Origin: Candidatus Methylomirabilia bacterium
GTDB lineage: Bacteria > Methylomirabilota > Methylomirabilia > Rokubacteriales > CSP1-6
NCBI GenBank assembly: GCA_041492755.1
Contig: JBGPXN010000075.1
Coordinates: 1 to 21,142, forward strand
Reading direction: 5' to 3'
Length of the DNA: 21,142 nucleotides
Within the stretch, counting starts at the first letter, position 1; every line of letters begins with the position of its first letter. The notes beneath the pieces were generated by a model. That model ran no database searches. It was not told the origin of the DNA and was given only the letters and a program-made list of their open reading frames with translations. Positions 8,096-17,699 of this stretch are shown here, one piece after another. The position numbers and the translations under genes are program-made.

Positions 8096-8110
8096 TGGTA
8101 CCGGTCGTGC
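8096..8110 (+). promoter_or_regulatory. possible sigma-54 promoter for the rhodanese-femAB-GT2 operon
   Basis: TGGTAC-CGGTC-GTGC with GG/GC at canonical spacing, 14 nt before GTG 8125. Confidence 0.5.
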
Positions 8111-8124
8111 ACGCATCCGATCTC

Positions 8125-8562
8125 GTGAGACGACTCCACCCGCGTCCGGCGACCTCGGTGTCCCCGCTCGCCAGCGCGCTCGCCCTGGCCGTGCTCGCAT
8201 GCGCCCTGGTGGCGCCCGCCGAGGCCGGGCATCAGTGGTACGCAACGCTCCTGACCATCGACCCCGAGTCGCTCCGGAAACAATTCGACAAGGCCGAGCG
8301 GCCGCTGCCCATCGATGTGCGGCCGGCCGAGGCGTTCCAGCGTGGCCGCCTCCCCGGCGCCCGCTCGCTGCCGCTCGCCGCGCTGCGAGAGCGGGTCGAC
8401 GAGATCCCACGCCAGGGGCTGATCGTCCTCTATGGCGCCGGCCGGACACCGGACGTCAACGGCGCCTATCAGTTCCTGCGGGGGCGAGGGTACGCCAACG
8501 TGTTCGTTCTCGAAGACGGGATCGCCGGCTGGCAGGCGCGCGGTTATCCGCTCGAGCCCTGA
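8125..8562 (+). CDS. secreted rhodanese-like domain protein (active-site Cys absent)
   Basis: 'IDVRPAEAFQRGRLPGA', 'IVLYGAG', 'GYANVFVLEDGIAGWQARGYP' rhodanese motifs; signal-like 'LASALALAVLACALVAPAEA-G'. Start uncertain (GTG 8125 chosen). Confidence 0.8.
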   Translation: MRRLHPRPATSVSPLASALALAVLACALVAPAEAGHQWYATLLTIDPESLRKQFDKAERPLPIDVRPAEAFQRGRLPGARSLPLAALRERVDEIPRQGLIVLYGAGRTPDVNGAYQFLRGRGYANVFVLEDGIAGWQARGYPLEP

Positions 8563-8570
8563 GAGGTCGC

Positions 8571-9605
8571 ATGATCGAGATCGTCCGTCCCGAGCCCGGT
8601 GACAAGAGCTGGGATCGTTTCGTCGAGCAGCACCCCGATGCCACGGTCGCCCACCTTGCGGCGTGGAGCGCGATCGTTCGCGACACCTACGGCCACCGGA
8701 GCGTGTCCCTGGCCGCGGTGGACGACGGCGACGTCGTCGGCGTGCTCCCGCTCGTGGTGATGAAGAGCCGCATCTTCGGCCGGCGGCTCGTCTCCATGCC
8801 GTTCCTCGACTACGGCGGCATCCTGGCCGCGCCCGGCAGCCCGCCGGAGCGGGCGCTCGCGGACGCGGCGCTCGCCGTCGCGCGCGAGCACGGCGTCGCG
8901 TCCATCGGCCTTCGGCAGCGCGGCGCCACCGGGCTCGGCGTCACCGCCACCGATGACCGCGTGACCATGCTGATGTCCCTGTCATCCGAGGAGGCGGTGT
9001 GGAGGGCGCTCCCGTCGGAGCGCCGCAACCGCGTGCGCAAGGGTCAGAAGAACGGTCTGGTCGCCACCTGGGGCGGCCGCGACTTGCTCGACGACTTCTA
9101 CGGTGTGTGGGCCGTCAACATGCGCGATCTCGGCTCCCCGGCCCACGGCCGCGCGTTCTTCGCGCGCATGCTGGACGAGCTCGGCGGCGCCGCGCGCGTG
9201 CTCCTGGTCCGCCGCGGCGACGGGCGGACGGTCGGCGCCGCCATGTGCCTGTTCTTCCGCGACACCATCCTGGTGCCGTGGGTGTCGTCGCTGCGGGAAG
9301 CGTTCGTGCTCTGTCCGAACTTCGTCCTCTACTGGGAGGCGATCGCCTTCGGCTGCCGCGCCGGCTATCGCGTGTTCGACTTCGGCCGCTCGTTCCGCGG
9401 TCGCGGCACCTACGAGTTCAAGCGCCAGTGGGGCGCCGGCGCCGATCCCCTGCCCTGGGTCTTCCTCGACGTGGTCCCGGGTGCGCGGCCCGCGGTGGAC
9501 CGGGACGCCAGCGGGTGGACCACGCTCGTCGAAGCATGGAAGCGGCTGCCGGTGCCCGTCGCCAATGTCGTCGGGCCGTGGATCCGCGGTCAGGTGCCCA
9601 ATTGA
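8571..9605 (+). CDS. FemAB-family (GNAT-fold) protein of the PEP-CTERM/XrtA-EPS-associated type
   Basis: Motifs 'LVSMPFLDYGG', 'NMRDLGSP', 'FDFGRS', 'YEFKRQWGA', 'WKRLPVPVANVVGPWI'; GAGG RBS before ATG 8571. Confidence 0.85.
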   Translation: MIEIVRPEPGDKSWDRFVEQHPDATVAHLAAWSAIVRDTYGHRSVSLAAVDDGDVVGVLPLVVMKSRIFGRRLVSMPFLDYGGILAAPGSPPERALADAALAVAREHGVASIGLRQRGATGLGVTATDDRVTMLMSLSSEEAVWRALPSERRNRVRKGQKNGLVATWGGRDLLDDFYGVWAVNMRDLGSPAHGRAFFARMLDELGGAARVLLVRRGDGRTVGAAMCLFFRDTILVPWVSSLREAFVLCPNFVLYWEAIAFGCRAGYRVFDFGRSFRGRGTYEFKRQWGAGADPLPWVFLDVVPGARPAVDRDASGWTTLVEAWKRLPVPVANVVGPWIRGQVPN

Positions 9606-10537
9606 AGCCGGTGATCTCGGTCGCCATCCTGAACTACCAGCGACGCGACGTCCTGCGCCGCGCGCTCAGAGCCGTGGGCACGCAGAAGCTCGACCAGCCG
9701 TGGGAGGTCATCGCCGTCGACAACGCGTCCACCGACGGCAGCGCCGACATGGTCCGCGCGGAGTTCCCGCAGGTGCGCGTGGTCGAGCTCGCGGAGAACA
9801 TGGGCGCGGCCGGCCGCAACGCCGGCGTCGAGGCGGCGCGCGGCCCCATCGTCCTCACGCTCGACAACGACGTGCTGCTCACCTCGCCCGACGATCTCGC
9901 GCACGTCCTGGACGTCTTCGCCCACTCGCCGCGGGCCGCCGTGGTGAGCTTCATGATCCTGGGGCCGGGCGGCACGCTGTCCCGCCGCGACTGGTGCCAT
10001 CCGCGTGACCCCGATGCGTGGTCCGAGCGGGAGTTCCTCACCGACTCCGTGCTCGAAGGGGCCTCCGCGTGCCGCCGCAACGCGTTCCTCGCCGCCGGCG
10101 GCTACTGGAAGCCGTTCTTCATCGGTCACGAAGGCTGGGACCTGGGTCTGCGACTGATCAACGCGGGCTGGGAGGTGCACTACACGCCCACGGTCCGCGT
10201 GCACCACCTCGTGGAGTCGTCGGTCCGACCGAGCAGCCGCATCTACTACACCTTCACGCGCAACGCGATCTGGGTCGCGTTGCGCAACCATGGCCCCGCC
10301 GCCGCCGTCGCGTCGATCGCGCGCGATCTCTCGCTCATGGCGTTCACTGCGGCGCGCGCCGGCCACCTCGGCGCGTACGCGCGCGGCGTGCGCGACGGGA
10401 TCGTGGGCGCGCGGCGCGCGCTCGCCACGCGGCAGACGCTCACCGGCCCTGCCCGCCGCCGCCTGCGCCGCATCCGCGCCCTCGAGCCCGGTGTGGTGGC
10501 CCGGGCCCGCCGCCACCTGCGGGAACGTTTGATCTGA
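9602..10537 (+). CDS. glycosyltransferase family 2
   Basis: 'ISVAILNY', 'EVIAVDNASTDGS', 'GRNAG', DxD motif 'LDND'; TTG start overlaps the femAB stop (TTGA); GTG 9611 is an alternative. Confidence 0.88.
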   Translation: MKPVISVAILNYQRRDVLRRALRAVGTQKLDQPWEVIAVDNASTDGSADMVRAEFPQVRVVELAENMGAAGRNAGVEAARGPIVLTLDNDVLLTSPDDLAHVLDVFAHSPRAAVVSFMILGPGGTLSRRDWCHPRDPDAWSEREFLTDSVLEGASACRRNAFLAAGGYWKPFFIGHEGWDLGLRLINAGWEVHYTPTVRVHHLVESSVRPSSRIYYTFTRNAIWVALRNHGPAAAVASIARDLSLMAFTAARAGHLGAYARGVRDGIVGARRALATRQTLTGPARRRLRRIRALEPGVVARARRHLRERLI

Positions 10538-10569
10538 CCGCGGCGCCCCACCGGGGGTAGTCTAAAAGC

Positions 10570-12972
10570 ATGCAGCAGGAGTTGGCCGCGCGCCTCGTCG
10601 CGGCCTGGGTCTGGGTCCGGAGCCAGACGTTGCGCCTGGCCGCTGGGACCCGCCCCTGGTTGCTCCGGCGCTGGCAACGGCTCACCGGCTGGACGCTGGT
10701 CTTGACGCTCCTCGCCGGCGGTGCCACCGCCGCCGTCGTCGCCATCACGACCTACACCGCGCTCGAGCTCTCACGGTTTGCGAGAGCCGAGGCGCGCCGT
10801 ATCACCTACGTGTACGCGGCCGGCCAGCAGCTGGCGCCCGGCATCAGCGTACGCGCGGTGGACCTGGCCGCGATCCTGACGCGACTGCGTTATACGGAGA
10901 CGCGCGGGTTCCCGTCCGCCCCCGGGCAGTTCAGCCGCACCGCCAGCGCCTGGGACATCGCGCTCCGCAGCGCGGATGCGCCCGGTCCGCGCCGGTTGAA
11001 GCTCGAGACGCGCGGCGATCGCATCACGCGGGTGCTGCGGGATGGCGAAGCCGTCGAGTCGGCCTCGCTACCCCCCGAGGTGCTGACCGCCGCCCTGGAT
11101 CGACCCGGCGAAGAGTACCGGCCCGTGCGACTCGCCGACGTGCCGCTCATCGTCCTCAACGCCGTGCTCGCGGTGGAGGACCATCGCTTCTTCGAGCACG
11201 GCGGGGTGGACCTCCACGGCCTGCTGCGCGCGGCGTGGACGAATTTCCGCAGCGGCCGCGTCGCCCAGGGCGGCAGCACCATCACCCAGCAGCTCGTCAA
11301 GAATCGGCTGCTCACGGCGCGCCGGACGTACACGCGCAAGCTGAACGAGGCGTGGCTGGCCGCGGTGCTGGAGTGGCGATACTCCAAGGAGCAGATCCTC
11401 GAGGCCTACCTGAACGAGATCTACCTCGGCCAGCGCGGCCCGCTCGCGCTCCGCGGGATGGGCGCCGCCGCGCGCGCCTACTTCCGCAAGGAAGTCCACC
11501 AGCTCACGCTCCCGGAAGCGGCGCTGCTGGCCGGGATGACCCGCGCGCCGAACGCGTACTCGCCGGTGCTGAACCCCGAGCGCGCGAAGCAGCGGCGCGA
11601 CGTCGTGCTCGCGCGCATGCACGAGCTCGGCATGATCGGCGCCGCGGACCTGGACGCGGCGCGGCGCCAACCACTGCGAGTGGAGCCGCTCCTGGCCCCC
11701 GGCCAGCCCGCTCCCTACTTCGCCGACTACGTGCGGCAGCAGGTCGAAGAGAACGCCGGCGAGGACGTGGCCGGCGGCCGCATCTTCAGCAGCCTCGACC
11801 TCAGCCTGCAGCGCTTCGCGGAGACCGCGCTCGCCCGCGGCCTGGACCGGCTCGAGACGCGCCGGCCCAGGCTCCGTCGCAGCACGCCGGCCGAACGCCT
11901 GCAAGGCGCGCTGGTCTCGATCGATCCCGGCACGGGTGAGATACGCGCGCTCGTGGGTGGGCGCGAATACCAAATCAGCCAGTTCAACCGCGCCGTGTCC
12001 GCGCGCCGCCAGCCCGGCTCCGCGTTCAAGCCGTTCGTATACCTGGCCGCCCTCACTCCGCGGACCGGCGGCTGGCCCGCGTTCACGGCGGCCTCGTTCG
12101 TGGACGACGAGCCGTTCGTGCTTCCCGCCCGCGGGCGCGACCCGGCGTGGAGCCCGCGCAACTACGAGAATCGCTACGAGGGTCGGGTCACCGTCCGGCG
12201 CGCGCTCGAGGCGTCACTCAACAGCGCGACGGTGCGGGTCGCGCTCGAGACGGGACTGCCGACCGTCGTGGACACCGCACGGCGGCTCGGCATCGAGAGT
12301 CCGCTCACGGCCGTCCCCGCGATGGCGCTCGGCGCGTTCGAAGTCACGCCGCTCGAGCTGGCGCGCGCCTATGCCACGTTCGCGGCCGGCGGCATGCGTC
12401 CGGGCGCGCCCACGCCGGTGCGCGAGATCCGCGGCGCCGACGGCGCCGTGGTGCCCGTGTCCGTCGAGCCGCCCGAGCGTGTCGCCTCTCCGGCCGAGGC
12501 GTACCTCATGACGTCGCTGCTCGAGGGCGTGGTGAACAAGGGCACCGGCGCTGGCGTGCGGGCGGCCGGGGTCACCGGGGCCGTCGCCGGCAAGACGGGA
12601 ACGACGAACGACGGGCGCGATGCGTGGTTCGTCGGCTATACGCCCACGCTCGTCACCGTCGTCTGGGTCGGATTCGACAGCAACGAGCCGCACGGCCTGA
12701 GCGCGTCGGATGCCGCCGTGCCGATCTGGGGCGATTTCATGAAGCAGGTGCTCGACGCGTATCCCTCCCCGCCCTTCTCCGTGCCGAGCGGGGTCGCCTT
12801 CGCCGACGTCGACCTCACCAATGGACGGCTCGCCAATCGCTACTGCCCCACGGTGGCGCGCGAGACGTTCATCACCGGAACCGAGCCGTCGCCGTGCACC
12901 GAGCACGGTGGCCTCGGCGACCAGGCCGGCGACTGGTGGCGCCGCTTCCGCGGCTGGATCCACGGTCGGTAG
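10570..12972 (+). CDS. mrcB: class A penicillin-binding protein, PBP1b-like (UB2H-like + transglycosylase + transpeptidase)
   Basis: N-terminal TM; GT51 motifs EDHRFFEHGG, QGGSTITQQLVKN, RKLNE, KEQILEAYLN; transpeptidase SAFK, SLN, KTGT; 'LRY...PGQF' UB2H-like segment. Confidence 0.9.
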   Translation: MQQELAARLVAAWVWVRSQTLRLAAGTRPWLLRRWQRLTGWTLVLTLLAGGATAAVVAITTYTALELSRFARAEARRITYVYAAGQQLAPGISVRAVDLAAILTRLRYTETRGFPSAPGQFSRTASAWDIALRSADAPGPRRLKLETRGDRITRVLRDGEAVESASLPPEVLTAALDRPGEEYRPVRLADVPLIVLNAVLAVEDHRFFEHGGVDLHGLLRAAWTNFRSGRVAQGGSTITQQLVKNRLLTARRTYTRKLNEAWLAAVLEWRYSKEQILEAYLNEIYLGQRGPLALRGMGAAARAYFRKEVHQLTLPEAALLAGMTRAPNAYSPVLNPERAKQRRDVVLARMHELGMIGAADLDAARRQPLRVEPLLAPGQPAPYFADYVRQQVEENAGEDVAGGRIFSSLDLSLQRFAETALARGLDRLETRRPRLRRSTPAERLQGALVSIDPGTGEIRALVGGREYQISQFNRAVSARRQPGSAFKPFVYLAALTPRTGGWPAFTAASFVDDEPFVLPARGRDPAWSPRNYENRYEGRVTVRRALEASLNSATVRVALETGLPTVVDTARRLGIESPLTAVPAMALGAFEVTPLELARAYATFAAGGMRPGAPTPVREIRGADGAVVPVSVEPPERVASPAEAYLMTSLLEGVVNKGTGAGVRAAGVTGAVAGKTGTTNDGRDAWFVGYTPTLVTVVWVGFDSNEPHGLSASDAAVPIWGDFMKQVLDAYPSPPFSVPSGVAFADVDLTNGRLANRYCPTVARETFITGTEPSPCTEHGGLGDQAGDWWRRFRGWIHGR

Positions 12973-13003
12973 CCCTCGGAGGGCCGGTCAGCGCGGAAAT
13001 CGA

Positions 13004-13792
13004 CTACGCGAGGCCGGCGAGGGCGGCGAGCTCGGCGAACGAGCGGATGGTGACGTCGGCCTCCGGCGCCGGCGCCACACCGTCCGGCGCGTACAACACC
13101 GTGCGCATCCCGGCCGCGCGGCCCCCCGCGATGTCGGAGGGCACGCTGTCGCCGACCATCGCGGCCGCCTCGGCGGGCACACCCATGCGCTCGAGCGCGA
13201 TGCGGAAGAGCGGCGGCGCCGGCTTGCCGACCACGATCGGTTGGACGCCAGCCGCGACCGTGACGGCGGCCACCAGCGCGCCGCAGCCGGGGAGAAAGTC
13301 GCCGTCCTTCATCGGCAGCCGCGCGTCGACGTTCGGGGTGACGAGCGGCGCGCCGCGGGCGGCCACACGGGCGGCGGCGGCCAGGCGCTCGTAGGTCAGG
13401 TCGAAGTCGTTGCCGACCACCACGACCGTCGCCTCGCGCTGACGGACCACCCCGACCACCTCGTGGCCGGCGGCCGCCACCGCGGCCTCGAGCTCGCGCG
13501 AGCCGATGACGAGCGCGCACGAGCGGCCATAGGTACGGGCGATGAACTCACCGATGATCTCGAGCGGCGTGAGGACGACCTCGGCCACGGCGACCCCGGC
13601 GGCATGCAAGCGGGCCCGAACGTCGGTGCCGGTCGCGCGTGAGTTGTTGGTGAGAAAGGCCAGTCGCCGGCCGGCCGCGTGGAGCGCGGTCAGGGTTTCC
13701 CGCGCGCCCGGATTGAGCCGGTCGCCGTTCCAGACACATCCGTCGAGGTCGAAGACGAAGCCGCGGACGGCGGCCAGCGGGGGCGCCGGCAC
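13004..13792 (-). CDS. HAD-IIA family hydrolase (NagD-like)
   Basis: Motif I 'FDLDGCVW', 'FLTNNS', 'VVGKP', 'MVGDSVPSDIAGG'. Confidence 0.9.
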   Translation of the reverse strand: MPAPPLAAVRGFVFDLDGCVWNGDRLNPGARETLTALHAAGRRLAFLTNNSRATGTDVRARLHAAGVAVAEVVLTPLEIIGEFIARTYGRSCALVIGSRELEAAVAAAGHEVVGVVRQREATVVVVGNDFDLTYERLAAAARVAARGAPLVTPNVDARLPMKDGDFLPGCGALVAAVTVAAGVQPIVVGKPAPPLFRIALERMGVPAEAAAMVGDSVPSDIAGGRAAGMRTVLYAPDGVAPAPEADVTIRSFAELAALAGLA

Positions 13793-13837
13793 GCTAGCCG
13801 GCGGGGGAGAAATGACGGAGGCCGACGTTCATGGCAT

Positions 13838-15007
13838 CTACTCGTTGGTGCGCGCGAACTCGGCGATGGTCTCTCCGTAGACGCGCTCGGTGCGCTCGGC
13901 CACGCTCGTCCAGCTGAACCGCTCCTCGACGCGCTTGCGACCGGCGCGACCCATGGCGCGCGCGTCCTCGGGGTGCTCGAGCAGGCGGCGGATGGCGGCG
14001 GCGAGCTCGTCGGGGCGCGCCGGTGGAACGAGGATGCCGGTGACGCCGTCGTGGACGACTTCCAGGATGCCGCCGACGGCGGACGCCACCACCGGTGTCT
14101 CGCACGCCATCGCCTCCAGGTTGATCAGACCGAAGGGCTCGTACACCGAGGGACACGCGAACACGGCGGCGTGGCTGTAGAGCTGGATCACCTCGTCGAC
14201 CTTCACCATCTCCGGGATCCACAGCACGTTCGGGTGCCTGGGAAGCGCCTGGCGCAGCCGCTGCTCGATCTCGGGCGTGTCGGGCGCGGAGGCGCAGACG
14301 ACGAGCTGCACGCCCGGCGGCAGCTTCGGTGCCGCCTCCAGCAGGTGGAAGATTCCCTTCTGGTCGGTGATGCGTCCGACGAACAGCACGTACGGCGGCT
14401 TGACGCCGCGGCGTGCGAGCGCATCGCTCGCCTCCGTGCGACGAAAGCAGTCGGGATCGATGCCGTTGTGGATGACCACGACCCGCGCGGGATCGACCGA
14501 GAAGTGCCCGATGATGTCCTCGCGCATCTGCTCGGACACCGCGATCACGCGGTCGGCCGCCTCCACCGCGGTCTTCTCGATCCAGCTCGAGAGCAGGTAC
14601 CCGGTGCCGAGCTGATCGGCCTTCCACGGCCGCAGCGGCTCCATGCTGTGCAGCGTGAGCACCAACGGAATGCGGTGGAGCGTCCGGATCCAGAGGCCGG
14701 CCATGTCGGCGTACCAGGTGTGGGCGTGCGCGATCTGCGCGTCCACCTGATCGCGCGCCATGGCGAGCGCGATCGACAACGTCTCGAGCGCGGGCGCAAA
14801 GCGCGTCCCGTCCTTGCCCGCCGCCAACCGCTCCCACGGTGTGTACCCGTGGACCTCGATCGGGCCCCCGCTGGGCGGCCGCTCGCCGAAGCAGCGGACC
14901 TCCACGGCCATCCGCCGGCTGAGGGCCTGGGTGAGCTGATCGACGACGACTCCGGCACCGCCGTAGATGTGTGGCGGGTACTCGCGCGTGAGCATGAGGA
15001 CTTTCAC
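13838..15007 (-). CDS. glgA: GT4 glycogen synthase GlgA/GlgM type (alpha-maltose-1-phosphate synthase-like)
   Basis: 'LTREYPPHIYGGAG', 'HAHTWY', 'HSMEPLRPWKADQLGTGY', 'CASAPDTPEI', 'CPSVYEPFGLINLEAMAC' are hallmarks of the actinobacterial-type GlgA(GlgM); GTG start at 15007. Confidence 0.88.
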   Translation of the reverse strand: MKVLMLTREYPPHIYGGAGVVVDQLTQALSRRMAVEVRCFGERPPSGGPIEVHGYTPWERLAAGKDGTRFAPALETLSIALAMARDQVDAQIAHAHTWYADMAGLWIRTLHRIPLVLTLHSMEPLRPWKADQLGTGYLLSSWIEKTAVEAADRVIAVSEQMREDIIGHFSVDPARVVVIHNGIDPDCFRRTEASDALARRGVKPPYVLFVGRITDQKGIFHLLEAAPKLPPGVQLVVCASAPDTPEIEQRLRQALPRHPNVLWIPEMVKVDEVIQLYSHAAVFACPSVYEPFGLINLEAMACETPVVASAVGGILEVVHDGVTGILVPPARPDELAAAIRRLLEHPEDARAMGRAGRKRVEERFSWTSVAERTERVYGETIAEFARTNE

Positions 15008-15038
15008 GCCTGTAGAATACCGTAACGGAGAAAATCCG

Positions 15039-15491
15039 ATGCGCATTGGCACGCTCGTCGCGATGGTGATGCTGTTGGCCGGGTTGTCGGGCGCCCCCGT
15101 CGGCGCCCAGGGCTCCTGCCCTCCTACCCGGGCCGACATGCTTGGCCCGTTCTACAAGCCCGACGCTCCCGTGCGCTCACGCACCGGCGACGGCCTGGTC
15201 GTCTCCGGCACCGTGCGCTCGGCGGCGACGTGCGCGCCGCTGCCCGGCGCCCGCATCGAGTGGTGGTCGGCCGACACGCGCGGCGAGTACCAGGACAGCC
15301 TCCGCGCCACCCAGACCGCGGACAGCGACGGGCGCTACCGCTACGAGACGGTGTTCCCGGGCCTGTATCCGGGCCGACCCGCGCACCTGCACGTCCGCCT
15401 CAGCGCCCCCGGCCACCGCGTGCTGGTCACACAGGTCTACCCGAAGCCGAACGACCGCGACATCAAGCTCGACTTCGTGTTGCCGCAGTAG
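15039..15491 (+). CDS. secreted intradiol ring-cleavage dioxygenase-like protein
   Basis: Signal peptide MRIGTLVAMVMLLAGLSGAPVGA-Q; 'GPFY', 'IEWWSADTRGEY', 'TVFPGLYPGRPAHLH' (Tyr/Tyr/His/His iron ligands); GGAG RBS at 15027-15030. Confidence 0.85.
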   Translation: MRIGTLVAMVMLLAGLSGAPVGAQGSCPPTRADMLGPFYKPDAPVRSRTGDGLVVSGTVRSAATCAPLPGARIEWWSADTRGEYQDSLRATQTADSDGRYRYETVFPGLYPGRPAHLHVRLSAPGHRVLVTQVYPKPNDRDIKLDFVLPQ

Positions 15492-15519
15492 CGCGAATCC
15501 TCCGCCGCGCCGCGGGCGG

Positions 15520-16298
15520 TCAGGACCGCGGAGCGCCGGAAGGGGGGCGCGACCCCCCTCCGAGACTATGCCGCATCCAGACGTTGGGATCCTCGTAGCG
15601 CGCCGTGTCGCTCTCGCGATCCACCACCACCGGCTGAAGCGCGCCCGGAACGACGTAGGCGCCGCTCTCGGGGAACTTCATCTCCGTCCACTCCTCCCAG
15701 GCGGCGACGGTGGCTTCGATGACGAGTGCAACGGGAATGACACGGACGATCGTGGCGCCGAGGCGCGCGTGCACGCGCATCCACGGATCGAAGGGCAAGC
15801 CGTCGTCGTCCGTCCAGGCCACGTAGCGCTCCATCGGCGCCAGCGGGTAGGACGCCTTCAGCATCGGTCGCACCGGCGCCACGAGATCGCCGAAGCCGGC
15901 CGCGCGCGCCCGGTCCGCCATGGCCCGGATGACGATCGCGCTCAGACCCCGGCCGCGGTGCTTGGGGTCCACGAGCGCGGCCAGCGCCGATAACGTGTTG
16001 GGCGGCTCAGCGCCGGCCGCGCGCGCGAGGATTGCCGCCAGGCTCTCCGGCAGGTCGGCGGCGGTGCCGTCCCAGCGGAAGGGCACGGTCTGGCCGACGG
16101 CGACGACGTGATCGAGGGGATCGCACACGGCGAGCTGCCAGTCCGCGTAGGTGTCGAACAGCGACGGCCAGTAGCGGCCGAGACCCAGCGAATCGCGCTG
16201 GCGCAGGAACAGGGGCCAGCTCGCGTCGGACAACCGCTCGAAGTCGTCCCCGAGCTCGGGCCGCTCGCGGAGCGTGTACGTCTTGACGGTGGGCGGCG

Positions 16299-16302
<4 letters not shown>
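15520..16302 (-). CDS. GNAT-like N-acetyltransferase family protein
   Basis: 'VDPKHRGRGLS' acetyl-CoA motif, 'LVAPVRP..K..YP', 'DGLPFDPWMRVHARLGA', 'YVVPGAL', 'EDPNVWMRH'. Start non-canonical: CTG overlapping the regulator's stop is assumed. Confidence 0.8.
15537..15562. repeat. GC-rich REP-like hairpin CGGAAGGGGGG-CGCGA-CCCCCCTCCG
   Basis: 10-bp stem with one bulged A and a 5-nt loop, near the junction of two convergent genes and inside the last codons of the GNAT gene. Confidence 0.55.

Positions 16303-17691
<1,389 letters not shown>

Positions 17692-17699
<8 letters not shown>

Noticed and set aside
5064..8128. Very long alternative-frame and antisense ORFs (999 aa, 862 aa; likewise 1490-2869, 13679-15025, 16425-17714, 17632-19017, 19633-21102)
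   Set aside because: Arg/Gly/Ala/Pro-rich shadow ORFs expected from high GC3 bias; each overlaps a gene with clear family motifs.
8199..9601. Track N-terminal extensions of femAB (8199), GT2 (8999), glgA (15139), GNAT (16629) and GT4 (19129)
   Set aside because: They overlap neighbouring real genes; family similarity starts at the downstream starts given in the features.
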